Below, piece by piece: positions 46,620-62,040 of a DNA stretch of 64,000 bases. Within the stretch, counting starts at the first letter, position 1. Every line of letters starts with the position of its first letter. Origin of the DNA: the human T2T-CHM13v2.0 reference genome, Homo sapiens. Location of the stretch: NCBI RefSeq assembly GCF_009914755.1, contig NC_060933.1, one strand, 5' to 3'. The position numbers and the translations under genes are program-made. The notes beneath the pieces are model-generated. The model was not told where the DNA came from. It did no database searches and worked only from the letters and a program-made list of their open reading frames with translations.

Positions 46620-48219
46620 TAAGTTTGCTTTTTTTTCCCAAATCTTTGCTGAAATTATGCTCTAAGGGGATATGTCAGGTTTGTCAAATAGCTACCAATA
46701 CCTCTTCACTGGGCCTTCTCTCCCTCGTTGATAGAGTGCCCTAATTTGAAAAGTTTGGAAGAAAACTCCTTTTTTAGAGTTTAAAATCTCAATTTATGAA
46801 TTTATGAATATAATTTAAGAATCAAAGAATGATCCCAAATACAGTATTACAGTTTCACGCAGAAAAATTCCAATGACTGTTGGAAATCATATTTCTTGCA
46901 AAATGCTTATGGAGGTAGCAAAAAAGCCCCAAATTATTCATTTTGAATGTTTATTATAGGCATGTTTGAATCTACCTCTTCCATAAATTAATTACAAAAT
47001 TTGATATACCTATGTGACAGATAACTGCTAAGACATTTTGTTTTTTTTTTTATTTTGATAAACTGAAAATGCCATGCTAAAAGTCAAACTGTTTATGTAT
47101 TTTATGATTATAGGAAAAATTTTATATGTATAGTTGGGTATGGAGAAGAGTTAAATAGAATCTATTATCAGCATGATGGAGGCCAAAAAAACAAAGCAAC
47201 ATTCTGAATAATGCAAACACAGTAAACGTTTAACCTTCTGCTACCTTGATAAAACCTCTTAAATTATTAAATCAATATACCTACACAAAACTGACACACT
47301 GTCAGGATAATGGAAACTTTAAATTTTCTAAGTCGGATGCCAGATAAATAACTTTGCCTTGATATAAAGAATTTTCCAACTTGTCCAATTCCTCTGGTTG
47401 CAAAGCTTGACCTCAGTAGCTGCTTGTGATTCAGAGAATTCTGAGGCAGTACAAGTAATGACACTTGGATAATGGGCAGCAATTTAAGAATGTCATGCTT
47501 CACAGAGCCAGCCCATGACAAGTAAAGCTGAGAAATGGTACCCTGTGGCCAGCCAGCCAAATTGAAACTGAAGTGGTAATTGATATCATGGGGTATCACT
47601 CTAATGGGATTGTCACCCATTGATCTGAAATATTCATTTTTTAATCATAGGCAAAGAATTGGACAACTTAAAATGACAGCTCTCTATTCTGAGGACTTGA
47701 CACCCGGGCTACTGACATTGTTCTTTTCAGTTCTACAAATGTGACAGCATTTAATGCAATAGAAGCAATGAATGAAGTTACCCAGAGAAGGTCAAGTGAG
47801 AGGTTTCTTCTTGGTTCCTCTGTTATGTTGCACAATCTGTTGAAACAATTCAGTCAGAAAACAGTTAGCTTGGAAAAGGCCAGAACAATAAATAGACTGA
47901 CATTATGCAATAATTTTTTAAAAACTAAAATAGTGTTACATCTGTAACCAATCCATTTGAAAGAAATAGTTCCTGCTGCTGCTTTTTAAAAATGACACCA
48001 GACATCTTTGACACTAGATTTATTTCCACTCTGGTCAACAGCAGTGTTCTTTCATAGCCAGTGGGTTTTAAGACAGTTTTTTCTTTTCTTTCTTTCTCTT
48101 TTTTCGGTCCGGCTTCTTTCTTTATTTCTGCAGAAAAGGACACCCTATAGCCCTTCATGAAGTTAGGTCTACAGTGGTGTTATTTCAGAGAGTTCCTTTG
48201 TTTCTCTCCCTAACCCCCC

Positions 48220-48500
48220 AGCTTTATTGAGGTATAATTGACAAGTAAAAACTATATATATTTAAGGTATACAGTGTGTGAATTACATTATCAAACAATC
48301 GAGCTAGTTAACCTATCCATCACCTCACATTGCTATTTTTTTGAGAGGGGGTGGTAAGAACAATTAAGATCTATGTTTTAGCAGATTCAAGTATACAATA
48401 GAATTAACTACAGTCATCATGCTGTAATTAGCTCTCCATGACTTATGCATCTTGTATAACAAACTTTGTATTCTTTGACCAACATCTCACACCACTCCCC
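48220..48500 (-). mobile_element. L1MA-type 3' end fragment
   Basis: AGCTTTATTGAGGTATAATTGACAAGTAAAA...TATCCATCACCTCACAT...CTTTGACCAACATCTC. Confidence 0.75.
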
Positions 48501-51258
48501 TTTAATTTCCTTTGTTTCTTGTGGTAAGTTAAATTGGGGTTTTGATCCTTAGCCTTTTGAATATGTTGGATTAATTAGTATCAAAATTATTTTTGTCTTT
48601 TTTGATATATAAGCAAAAGCCATAGTTGTTAAGCAGAGATAAGGAATACTTTGGACATCTATGTAATATAAAATATTTAAAAAATATTTTGCAAATTTTT
48701 TTTCTTCATTTACTTATACAGGTGGAATACAATGCCAAACTTTCCATTTTGTTTTATTTTATAAATGAAAGTCATCTGACTTAATGACCAAATGGTATAT
48801 AATGTATTATTGGAGAATGTTCTTTTGAATAGAAGACATTGATTTTATACTTTTTGCAGAGTTTGACTTGGGAAGGTAGGAAGTCACATGAGGGAAATGC
48901 AGGGCTGATGTCTAAAGAAAATAAATGTTAATATGCACTTATTTTTTTAAATGTTTGTATAGCTTTCCTATGGGCATAGAAGAGGACATTTATCTCTTCT
49001 GCTATAATTGTATATGATTACATATAATTTTAATACAGCTGTAAATATTGGCAGGCTCTCATTTGGGGTGATTTTCATTTATTTTTATATTTGATACTTT
49101 CTGACTGCCTGGAAGTAGTAAAACGTTAGTCTACCACTGTTAGCTTTGAGTGAAGAATTCTAATATTTTGGAGAGGTAAATGCATTTAAAACATTGCACA
49201 TTACCTTGTGAAACTAACATTGTATTAGTTACATTTAGGCATGGAAATGCAAAAACAAATCTGTAATTCTTCTGTCATATCATTTTTATGCCTCACAAAC
49301 TCATAGCCAGATAACCCCAATTTCATATGTTAAAAAAGCTTTCATAAGGTCAATAATATATCTTGAAAAATATTTCAGTTTAAAAAGAATTTTCAGTACT
49401 ATAGGATCATTCAGAGGCCGATGCCTTGCCAAAAATATATCATTGTTAAGTAGATTTACTGCTTAATGGGAAGAGATTTGTTGCTGCATGTTAGATGGCA
49501 TTTTTCATGTAACATCTTTTATGTATCCCCACAACAGGAGGTGTTAATTACAATTCATTCAACAAATATTTCTTGAGCCTTTGTGCCAGGCACCATTCCA
49601 AGGTCTGTTAGCAGCCTCATTCTCTAGAGGCAGAGTATATAACAATAGGACTTGTTGTAGCCTCAGGCCAAGATGAATTATGAAAAAAATATTAAACTTG
49701 ATCTTTTGGCATGGAATGATTTTTGATACAATACTTGTCAAGTTCTGTGACTTCCATAATTGCAGAGTGGGTCTGCAGTTGAATTGAACAAGATTTTGCC
49801 TGAAGTAGAAGTATCGTTGCCATGATTTTATTTCAGTTTTGTTTTCCTCAAAATAGAATTTGCTGAACTTTTAGAAGGAAAAAATGTTTCTTCTATAGAC
49901 CTAATCAAGCTTGTTAAATAAAATTATTACCTGCTTGCTCTGAGGTTCCAAACTTTTCAGATACCCCTAATGATCATCTCCCCATGAATTATGAAACTGG
50001 TTTGGCTCTGATATATGGTTATTGACATTTGTGTAGCATTGTACACAGACTGATTTTATGTGGCATAAAAGATTTCACAAAGACTTTAAAATTATGTTCA
50101 TTTTACTTGATGGGTGTGTGTTCAATTAAAAAAAAAAGTCCCTGTGATTGTATATAAAATATAGTATCCTGTGATGATGAGGGTGTTAGATTTAGTTTCT
50201 TCCTTTATAAATGAAAATAGCCATCTCCCATAATTATTATGAAAGCTAAATGAGAAAAATGTATATAATTTATAAAGTTAGATTCAAGGATTTAATTCAT
50301 TTGTAAAGTTGGCTTCAAATATAGAGTATTACTATAATCTAGTTGCCTCTAAACCTCAGTAGCCAGCTTTTTATTGTGACAGGGAACCTCTATTGAGGTT
50401 TGAGGTAATGAGGGTAAAAGTGTAATTTCCCAGAGAAGAAGCTTGTGATGTTGATGACGTTAGGGATGTAAACAGGATTATGAGGGGGGAAAAAAAAAAC
50501 AGACAACAAAACTTGCCTCCAGAGAGATGGAAACTACCACTTGGGCTCTAAGTCAGTGTCAAAATATTTTTTGGAGTTAGCCTGACTCTGGAGAGGTCAG
50601 TAAAATAAATAGTTGCACTGAGAGGCCAGATTAGCAAGTATGGGTTTCTAAATGATAAACTGCTTTTAGGCTAGAATCAGGGCTGAATCAGCCTTCCCAC
50701 CACTTATTTGTTTCTAGGGTGTTTGAAAGGCCTAGTACTGAGTTCACGTGGTGCATGATTGTGGGCTGGGGTATAGGGAAGTATTTTAGATTCTAATATG
50801 AGGGTTTGGTGTGAAGGGAAGTATATTAGATTCTAAGAAACTATATTTCAGTGGTTATCTTTTTTTTAAAATAAGTAATAATGAATATTTAGAACCAGAA
50901 CAGTTTTGTAAGAAGGAAAATACCTAAAATCTGAACTGTAATCTTCTATGTTTTTATGACATTATGTGAATCAAAGGGGTTTTCCTTTTAAGTAAAAGAA
51001 AAGGTCAGGAGTATGAAGTCCTAAGCCCTCTTCCTCCCCCTATAAAACCCCACAGGTTCACTTGTAGAAAAAAATTGCAAATGGGGAAGAAAAATGCTTT
51101 CAGCTAGAAAAGTTAGTTTTGGATTTGTGTATTCAGTAACAGAACATGTTGAAGTTTTCATTAGATGCAAGAAAATGTCTCTAAAGTAAAATCCTTTGTG
51201 TTGACATTAGATTTTTTATTGTATTATAGTAACTTTATTCAAACTTTTTTTTGTTTAG

Positions 51259-51305
51259 CATTTAACAGAAGAGAAACCTGATGGCCTTATCAATGAAGCT
51301 ACTAG
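51259..51305 (+). CDS. CBWD: ZNG1/CBWD exon (~exon 7): HLTEEKPDGLINEATR
   Basis: ttgtttag|CATTTA...ACTAG|gtattc; 47 nt. Confidence 0.92.
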
Positions 51306-51639
51306 GTATTCATATTTAAAGTATATATTGATTGCTGGCTAATTGTAAAGAGAAAAATCACTAAGATGAAAACCAAAAACAAACTAAGAAATTTTAAAAC
51401 ATAGTCAAGGAAAATTTATTTTCTTTTTTTCCCTTAGTTGAATTATTGCTATCTATTTATAATGTTCTCATAACTAAACTTTTACTTAAAGTCATTTTTG
51501 TCATAGCATAAAGTGAATGCTGAACACAGGAGTTCTGTAATTTTGAGGAACTCGGGAAATATTAACATTTAAAAATATTTTCTTGTTATACAATTTCTTT
51601 GGGATTGAAGATTTTATATATATATATATGTATAATAAT

Positions 51640-51964
<325 letters not shown>

Positions 51965-52351
51965 AACTTAAGTATTTTTGTAACTTTTTTCCTTATGAAA
52001 ATATGGTTATTATAGAAAATATAAATAAGCCAAATAGAAAATAGCCAAATTGGATTTGTGATGTACATACTGTTGAAACCTGCTCTTTCAGTGAACTAAA
52101 GTTAATTTAGTTTTGAGAATTTAGTTGTATTCTTTGAGATAAAGCATAAGACCCTGAATAATTGAGGAAAATTGAAAGAATTTCCAGTTTTACTATCCTG
52201 TTAATAGAAAATAGAGCTTCTGATTATTATCATCTACTTTGTTATCTAGCATTCAGTCAACTGGATTCTTTACAGAGATAATATACAGTATATTTATAGT
52301 GATAAAGAAGACATTTGTGCAATATCCTGATATATCTTCTGAAGTATAGCT

Positions 52352-52478
52352 TATTTTTTTTAAGAAATGGAGTCTTGCTATGTTGCCCAAGTTGGACTTG
52401 AACTCCTGGGCCTAAGGGATCCTCCCTCCTCAGCCTCCTAAGTAGCCAGGACTACAGGTGTGCTCTACCATGCCCAGC
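52352..52478 (-). mobile_element. FLAM/Alu monomer
   Basis: Single arm flanked by TCTGAAGTATAG TSD. Confidence 0.85.
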
Positions 52479-52989
52479 TCTGAAGTATAGTTTTAAAAAA
52501 ACCCTGTTTAATACAGTTTTTAGTATTAAGTGAAGTTATTCTATTTCTTTGAAAATTTTGGTAAATATTACAGTATTTTAGTAGGTAAACTCTTCTTTTT
52601 ACCATATTGGATATCTGAATTTTATGCTTTTCTTCACAAAGAAAATTATGAGTTTAAAATCATCCTTTTGATTGTAAACTTTTTGAGACTTATCTTTGTA
52701 GCACAAGAGTAGCAAGTAACAGAACTTAGTAAATACTTTGCAAATGGGTAATGTGAAATCTGAACTTGCATAGTAATGAATACAATTCATTCACATTGAA
52801 AAATTAGCGGATTAGGAGTAAACTGAATCACTCCTATAGAGCACTATATAATTCTTAACTGATATATTGATTTACATGAGGTGTTTTTATTTATTTTTAA
52901 TTTGTTAACATTTCTCTTTTGATGTATTAATCTGCATGCATGTATATTATTTAAAATTTCTTAACATTTCTTTTTGTTTGCTATTTTAG

Positions 52990-53076
52990 GCAAGTTGCTT
53001 TGGCAGATATCGTTCTCATTAATAAAACAGACTTGGTTCCAGAAGAAGATGTAAAGAAATTAAGAACAACAATTAG
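52990..53076 (+). CDS. CBWD: ZNG1/CBWD exon (~exon 8): [30 protein letters not shown]4 NKxD motif
   Basis: attttag|GCAAG...AATTAG|gtacaa; 87 nt. Confidence 0.94.
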
Positions 53077-54164
53077 GTACAAAATGATAAGTGTGTTAAG
53101 TGCCTACAGATCCATATTGTATACACAGAATATTTTTTACTCTGATTGTTGCCCTGTAGAAACTTAAGGTATAAGGTTGAACTGCTTCAAGAACATTAGA
53201 GAATCACATATATTGTTGATGGCTAATTGTTATATAAATGGTAATACATAAAATTAGTCCTCAGTGCTTGCAGAATATAGTTCACAGTTAATAGACTGAT
53301 ATTCAGGGTCTTCGCACTCCATCTTTCTTTTCCTGTCTTCTCTTTGACTCTTTCCTAATGTCAGTCTTCCCTAACTTTACCCAGGATGGTTAATTCACTT
53401 TCCCATGGATGCATCCTCTCAGTTCCTGTCTTTACTCATAATGTATTCTCACTCTGCCAATCCCTCAGTTCTTTCTTGTTCTGTTTTTTTTTAATTTATT
53501 CTATAGAGCCTATTCTGTCTCTCCCCCCTTCCTATGTGAAGTCTTCCCTGACTCAAGTGGTCTCAGTTTTCCCTGAACTCTTGTTGACTTCATCTTCCTT
53601 AACTGTCAACCATGCCTTGTCTTCCAGCTTGCTTTAATATCTTCTTTGTCCATAGCCAAGGCTGATCAGCATAGGACAATCAGGACGATATGAATGATGC
53701 TCAAATATGTGCTAACAGTCATTTTGCTGACTGTTCTGGAGACTCCCATTCCTTTTGAAAACAAAGATGGACTTTTCAAATGAAGTTATAGTTCAGGGAC
53801 TTTGTTTTGAATTATTTTGTAAGACCTGAACTAATAAAAGCCCTATACAGAGAGACATTCGGTAGCTATTATTATTGGTTATCTTTAATGTGTACAATGC
53901 TTTGAGTGTGATGGCTCAAAATTACTATTCTTAGTATTTATAAGTTCTACTGACATTAGATTTTGAATCTGTCATCTCAGTTCTTATAGTATATATTATA
54001 AATTGAATCAATAAAGGTAAGGCTCATTAGGAGATTATTTGCCATGATTAATGATTGTGGAAGAAAGAAATTCACATTTTTTCCACATATTTCATCTTAT
54101 TTTAATAGTAATGTCCTTAAACTTTACTATAAAAAAATATAATGTCTCCATGTGGAGGGTAGGT

Positions 54165-54385
54165 ATTGTTGCGTAGTGTTGAAGATCACAGACCTTGGAA
54201 TCTGCTTGGGTTCTAATCCTTGGTCTGTTTCTCATTGTCTTCTTAGGGAGCTTATTTACCCTTTTAAAGCCTCCTCTGTAAAAGGCATAATGCCTATCAT
54301 AAGTTTGCTTTGAGTATTACATGAGACAATGTTGGTAAACTTTGCACAGTGCTGACACATATTAAGTGCTCTGTTAGCTATTATT
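54165..54385 (+). mobile_element. MIR
   Basis: GGGTTCTAATCCTTGGTCTG...CTGTAAAAGG.ATAAT...CACAGTGCTGACACATATTAAGTGCTC. Confidence 0.7.
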
Positions 54386-55700
54386 ATGTAATTTTTTTCT
54401 TAGCTTACATAGTAAGTTCAAGGTATAGTAAAAAAGGGAAGAAAGAAAAAGATGGCTGATTTTGAAAAGGAGAAAGTGATGAATGAAGATTGCTTTTACA
54501 TTTTTTGACACTGGTCTTCTAATCTTGTTTCCTTCATAAATCTTGTGCACCATTGTGATTGCTAAGAAGAACACAATCTATTTAGCAAACGTTTTTGGCA
54601 TAAAAGGAATGATAATTATTACTTGACTTTTATATCCTTATAGAGACCTAAGCTAAATCTCTGACACTGACAATATTGACTATTAGCCAGCTTGTTAACA
54701 GTACTAGAAATGAATTTGGAAGAAGCAGTTTGATAAATTACACACCCTTTTGGCTTTTACCCTCCCTTTATATCAGACTTGTGACTGACTCAGAATGATA
54801 TTTGGGGAGGTGAAAAAAGGTAAACATGTTTGAGAGGAATTAGCCATCAGACTAGAGTGTATTCAAAAAAGAAGATTTAAGAATTTTGTAAAATAGTGGA
54901 GAGACTTGCCTCAGAATCATTATATGTGGGAAGCCTTACGCATGAGAACAACCTTGAACAAGTAGCAAGAATCTTGGGTAAGTAACCCTAAAGACAATTG
55001 AATTCATGATAGAGAATTGATGATTGATGATAGGCAATGGAAAAGATAAATAGATGAGGTGTACAGTGTGCTGAAAAGAATTTAACAGGTACTTTTTGGT
55101 GCAATACCAAGCCATATTCTATAGTATCAAAAGAGGGAGAATAGGCATAACAGGTAGAGAGCCTAATTAGGGAACTGAGGAGGTTATTCTATAAAGGAAC
55201 CTGGGATGTGTGACTTAGAATTACTGTGAATACTAAGGACAGGCTGGGGGCAAAGCAACTTACAACTAGGTTTTTATTTTTAGTGTGTATATAGCCATTT
55301 CTACCATGTATGCCTGAGGAAAAAAGTGACCACCGTAAAAATTTTGAGTATCTACTCATTTTTAAGATCACTAGGATAACTGACTATTTATGAATGATTT
55401 TTTCTAAAGTGAAGCGTCTTTTTATTAACCACAAAGTAGCCCTTAATCTGACAGTTGTGCGAATTTTTGCATATATGTTTTATTGATGTATGAGTGGAAT
55501 ATATGTGATTTATTGTTTGAAGGAAAATCATAATTATTTTTTAAAGCAAGTTTTGTTTTTCTGTTTTTAATTTTTTTCTGGTTCCAGATGTATTTGGGTA
55601 TGCTTATTTCCTGTTTTAGAAACAATATACTTTGTATACTTTTTTAAAAAGTTAATTTTTACTTTTAAACTTTGTCTTCCTCATTTATTATTTATTTCAG

Positions 55701-55745
55701 ATCCATAAATGGACTAGGACAAATCTTAGAAACACAAAGATCAAG
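55701..55745 (+). CDS. CBWD: ZNG1/CBWD exon (~exon 9): SINGLGQILETQRSR
   Basis: atttcag|ATCCATA...TCAAG|gtactt; 45 nt. Confidence 0.92.
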
Positions 55746-57356
55746 GTACTTTAAAAAAGCTATTCCTATTAATAACAAATCATTTTAGTTATTAATAATA
55801 AACATTAAGTAATTGACAAATATGCTTGATTCTGATATAAGAAAGATCTAAGTGCATTTAAAAAGAATTGGATCCAAAATGTTGTTTGGAATGCTCTTAA
55901 TAAGTTAGTTTGGCATATTTGACTAGTACATTTGCCTGTCTTCAAAACTAAGATTACAAAGCCATGGTAACACTGTGTAAGTGTTTGCTTAATGAGGAAG
56001 AAAAGACTTCCAAACACTCGAGAGGGTAACTCAGTACAGAAATCTGAAGTATATTGAGGAATCTTAATTTGAAGTGTTTAAATGGCTTTTTAATATTTAA
56101 AAAGCCTTCTTAGTGTTTTATAGTTGCCAAAAAATACATGGAGTCTTTACCTTGAAGTTCCTGACAAATTCTTTTATTAAATTTTGACTTTCATTTTCTC
56201 TAGGTTCTGTTCCTAAAACATCTGTGAAGTGTATTTCTGTAGATTAAATTCTGTTTTCCATTGAATGTTATCTTAATTTCAGAAAATTTCTGTGCAGGGT
56301 TATTTTATTAAGCTCATTTTTTTTTTTTTTTTTTTTTTTTTTTTGGTGAGAAAGGCTCAGCAGCTGATAGACTCAGCAACAGGCAGCCAGGAGCTCTGAG
56401 GCTCACAGCTGGCAGTCTAGTTCCACTCAGTCTCTACTTGAGAAATTCTTTCTTTGGAGGTACAGCAGAGGCCTTAGGTGAGTGGCTTGTCTGCTATGGC
56501 AGAGATTAGAGGTGCTGCCAGACTGCCATAAGTGTTAGGCAGTAACAGCAGCAGCTGCTTATATGCATGTGAACAGCTGGGGAATTAATTTGGTATGCAT
56601 TCTCAGGAGCCACTCATCTGCTGGCAGAGGTAGCCGAAGAATGCCCTTAGTGTAAGTCCTCTACAACCATACACCAAATGTGCTCCCTGCATTTCAAATT
56701 CCATTGTAGAAAGTCTCTGATAATCTCACTTATACCATGAGCCATTCCTCAGTATCTGTCCTCTTCCTGTTAGTGTTCTACAATTCCTTTCTCCTTAATT
56801 TTTCTCCGCTTTACAAAATGTCACACAGACAAGTGCATAATACTTAAACAAGCTTTTAAAAATAATGCTCATAAATAGCTTTGGTTCTGTCATAATATTT
56901 GTATTTATAAACATTTTAAGTCAATTCTCTTCTTTTGTTTTCATTTCAGAAATATCCATGTCCTGAATAAAAGTTGTGTCTTGATTAGTTTATTATGTAA
57001 CAATTTAGTGTGTTTGACATTTCTAACTTTTATTTCTAACATTTGCTTTATTATAGAACAATAAACATGCAGTGATTGATTTTTCTTACTTCAAGTGGAT
57101 GAGTGAGCAAGTGACTAAAATCTTCTGTGAATTCTTCAGTGTATGGTTCTTGCCAATGCATCTGAGAATCTAGGGACTTTCTGAAATAGTACTTCCTTGC
57201 TATGAGGACTGAAGTTGGATTAGAATCCATTTCAATGAAGATCAGATGTCCTGAGTAGAATTCTTACTATTGGGTCCTGAATCTTACATTAAATATTCTC
57301 TCAAATTCCTTGAGGCATAGCAACTTGAGCTTACCAGTTTAGAAACTGGAGATTTG

Positions 57357-57709
<353 letters not shown>

Positions 57710-58029
57710 TTATTTTTTGTTTTTTAAAATTTTTTACCATTTTGTAGCTGACAAGTACTGACAATAAACTGCTATAAGCATGTGTAGAAAAAGGCTCACC
57801 TTGAGTAGTTAAGAGTAAGGAAAAGGAATAGTGTGTAGCATCGTCTTAGTGGTAAGACTTAAGTTGATTTAGTAGCAAATGGAAGTACTAGTGAACCACA
57901 TAGATTTCAGAAGTAGGAGTAAAAGGTTAGAAGATGTGTCATTTTAATCTTCTCTAGACTTTTTCTTAATTTTTAGAAATGTAAGTGGACTGAACAGAGG
58001 AAAACCAAAACACAGCTGGTCAATAATAA

Positions 58030-58600
58030 GTTAAATTAATTTGACAAACTGCCTGCTATGCATTTCATAGCAATTTAAGGACTATATAAGCAATGGATAA
58101 GGCGAAAACTCTGCCTTTAAGGAGATCAGTCATTGGGGGGAAACAGAAGCAAACAAACAAAAAGGCAACATAATAGATATTAATATTAATACAAGAATTT
58201 TAAAAGCACAGAGTTCTATAATAATAGGAAAATAGAGGGAATGATTGCTCAACTTTTCTTGAAAAAGAGTCAGGAAAATATTGACCGAGAAGGCAGTCAT
58301 TGACCTGAGTCTTAAAGAATGAATAAGGTTTTTACAGATGGAGTAGGGTAGGGATAACTTTCCAGGTATAAGGAAGATTTTGTATTCCAGGGACCTTTGA
58401 ATATTTTAGAATGGCTAGAAAACTTGGTATTATGTAGCACAGAAAAAGTGGTATGACTGAAGAGATAGAGAACTTACCACAAAGGGTCTTGAATGCCATG
58501 ATACATAGTTTGGATTTTCTTCTGTAGGGAGCAAGGAGTTAGTGAAGGATTTTAAAGGCAACATGACTCTTGGGAGGTAGATTCAATGTGAGGCTAATCT
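58030..58600. mobile_element. L2 fragment
   Basis: TGACCTGAGTCTTAAAGAATGAATAAGG; GAAGGATTTTAAAGG. Confidence 0.55.
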
Positions 58601-59674
58601 CCGAGGTATAGGAAATACAGGAAGGAGGAGCAACAGGTCGGGTAGTGGTGGAAGCAGGTTTGGAAAATATGAATAGTTTTGTAAACGTTTTTGAGTTTGA
58701 ATTGCCACTGGGGAAGGCTTTTGGAAATTTATTTCCAGAGTTCAAGACTGAGCTATCATTGCAGTTTGCTCAGCTATTTACTGAGCTATCTACTGTCAAT
58801 TTGGATAGTATCTACAGTTTGCATTGTAGATACTGGATACTTGGATTGGCTGGTGCACCCTGTTTGTGAGACTCACTGGAGTTTGAAGAGATGACCACTG
58901 GAAAATATCCCTAAGCAGTAGCTGCAATTCCACCCCCACCTTGGAGAGCCAAAACCCTCTTCGTTTTCACTCTCCTGTCCTTGGTCTTAAGCTACTTAAA
59001 GCAGCCTTTAGACATAGGGAAAAATTGAAAGCCTCTCTTTTAAGAAAAACATTAGGTACTTCTGGAATAGAGAGTTCAAGAAATTAGGAGAAAAATGAAC
59101 TTTTGAAGCTTTTTCTTTCCCTTTTTTGTTTACTTCATTCTCTTAGTTTTAAAATGCTGGTAATGGTCTTTTTTTTCTTTTTTTTTTTTTCTTGGCGATT
59201 TTAATGCTTTGGAAAAGATCTCATGCTTTTATCTCCAAAGGAGGAAATTAATTTGATGCCATGGAAATTAGTTTTCTAGTCGTATGCCTTGAATGAGTGA
59301 AGAATTTCTTTTTCATGGTGGTACTAAAATTGGGGAAAGCTATAGAAACTTTCATCTGGAAGCTTACACTTTTCCTCTTTTTTGAAAATTTGGTGAGAGA
59401 CTTGGATATTTTATTATTTTCTGTAAAAGAGTGTAATTTGTTGTACAGGTCTAATATTGATCCTTTTTTGGAAGTATGGAAAGAATCTGAGTATAAAGCA
59501 GAATTACCTCTGGATGGCATGTATTCTCAAGGACACTGTCATAGGGAAACAGTTTATTTAGAAGCTTGTGTTTCCAAACTGTTGAATTTGATATTCACAA
59601 AATTGGCATGTGTAAACTTTAAGCTATTTCCTAAGATGAAGATGACAAACTTGGAGGGAAACTTCATTCATTTG

Positions 59675-59990
59675 GTTTATTTTTATTTTTATTTTTATTT
59701 ATTTTTATCTTTTTGAGACAGAATCTCACTCTGGTTTGAGACAGAATCTCACTGTGTCCCCCAAGTTGGAGTGCGGTGGTGCGATCTCGGCTCACTGAAA
59801 CCTCTGCCTCCTGGGTTCAAGCGATTCTCCTGCTTCACCCTCCGAGTAGCTGGGATTACAGGTGTGCACCACCACACCCAGCTAATTTTTGTATTTTTAG
59901 TAGAGACGGTTTCGCCACATTGGCCAGGTTGGTGTCAAACTCCTGGCCTCAAAGTGATCCGCCCACCTTGGCCTCCCAAAGTGGAGCCCC
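59675..59990 (-). mobile_element. Alu with short internal duplication (TTTGAGACAGAATCTCACT x2)
   Basis: Seen at 59712-59753. Confidence 0.88.
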
Positions 59991-60569
59991 CGTGCCCCTT
60001 GTTTGTGACCTGTCAATATAAATATGCTCAGTAGTGGGGGGAGGGGTGGGGGGTGAAAAAGGAAATATGTTTAATATTAAGACTTTGGCCTTTTAGTGTA
60101 AACTGATATTCAAAAATTTCTTCATAGAACATTTGCTTCTTTGCTTGATCATTTTTCTAATTCTGTACATCTAAAATGCCCAGAATTTGAGTTGCTGTTA
60201 TAGTCTACTAACATAGAACTTTGGAGTAATAAGATGGGAATTTGTCTCTCTTTTGCCAAGACAAGTATTCGTAATCTAACACAGTATTGTTGCCACGAGT
60301 ACGAGTATGTGATAGACTGTTGATAATAAAGAAAGCAGGCACAGTTGGTCAGTCCTAAGATAAAGGAGATGTTTTTTCTTATATGTTTGTGCATTAAAGA
60401 AAAAAAAAATCTTGAATCTGACCAATGATGTTTTTTTTCCTTGTAATAAAATTTAACAAATGTTTGGCAAGCTTCTGGAATCTAAATTTGAAATTATACA
60501 TTTGTCATTTTCTTTAAATATTTCTTCACCTTAGCTTTGATTATGAGAAATCACTGTCCTCTGCTGTTC

Positions 60570-60871
<302 letters not shown>

Positions 60872-61607
60872 GTCCTCTGTGGTTTTCTGGGCTTATGTTA
60901 AAATTATAACTCAATCACCAGTCTTTATAAATTTGCTTTTTTATATTTAAACCAAACCTAATGCTAATTGTGATATGTTATTTATTCTCACCTGATTTGA
61001 ATCATTGGATTCAATTAAATGAGTTTAATTATCATTAAATAATTCTAAGAGAAATAATGTCTATTCGGATGGTGGGAATTTTCTTTCTACATGCAGCCCC
61101 ATTCTGAATGAATGAAATCAAATCACGTGAAGATCAGGGTCCTAGAGTAACCTAATATTTTGTACATTGGTTATTTGACTCCTCATTTTTATATTACATG
61201 TTATATCAAGGGAGGGGGTATAAAAAATACAAAAATTGCAGAGGTATCTGGAATGTACCTATTTGTTAATTCTATTTGTCATTTCTTTTGTTTCATCTTT
61301 TGAGTAATAAGCTGCTTGGAAAAGTTTCTGTTCTTTAGCTGATTTTTTAGCTATAAAAATGTATTTGAAAAGCTCATAAATTTCAGGATTGAAAAGATAA
61401 TTGAAAGTTTAAAAAAAACCTAATTCATTGAAGTAATAACCAAATAATTTTCAATCTTGATTCAACTGTGATTCAAATCTTACACCATTTGCCCACTTCT
61501 ATGAATTTTATGTATAAAATTTTTAAGAGTCAGAGTTTTTTTTTCTTGATTAATTGGATGTATTTCACAGAATTTCCAACTGCTCACGTTAGTTTTCTTC
61601 CTTTTAG

Positions 61608-61664
61608 AGTTGATCTCTCTAATGTATTAGATCTTCATGCCTTTGATAGTCTCTCTGGAATAAG
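61608..61664 (+). CDS. CBWD: ZNG1/CBWD exon (~exon 10): VDLSNVLDLHAFDSLSGIS
   Basis: cttttag|AGTTGATC...GAATAAG|gtatgt; 57 nt; phase-compatible. Confidence 0.92.
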
Positions 61665-62040
61665 GTATGTTTTGTATAATTTGGTTATTTTATTGTTATG
61701 TACCTTTTTTCCCCATAGTTAACAGGAATGATTTGCACAATTGCATTCATGATTTAAGCTTCCTGCCATTCCTTTGGCATACAAGACCATTCTCAATGAG
61801 GTATATTCTTGGAAGTTTTACTAATTGGTTGTTTGGAAAACATATTGCATTTTCCTGTAGAAATTATAGTGTAAATGATAGTTAACTTTAGAGGCTAATC
61901 GTTAACACTTCTACACCAAACACTATGTCTAATACTCTTTCTATGAGAAAATGCATGAAATACATGGAAAATTTTAGCTTAGCGTTATCACACAAATAAC
62001 TCTCTTCACTTTATTTTTTTATTTTTTATTTTTTCTTGAG

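Noticed and set aside
59297-59716. 139-aa intronic ORF (and similar AT-rich or Alu-derived ORFs)
   Set aside because: Non-ATG start, low-complexity end running into an Alu tail, no homology recognised
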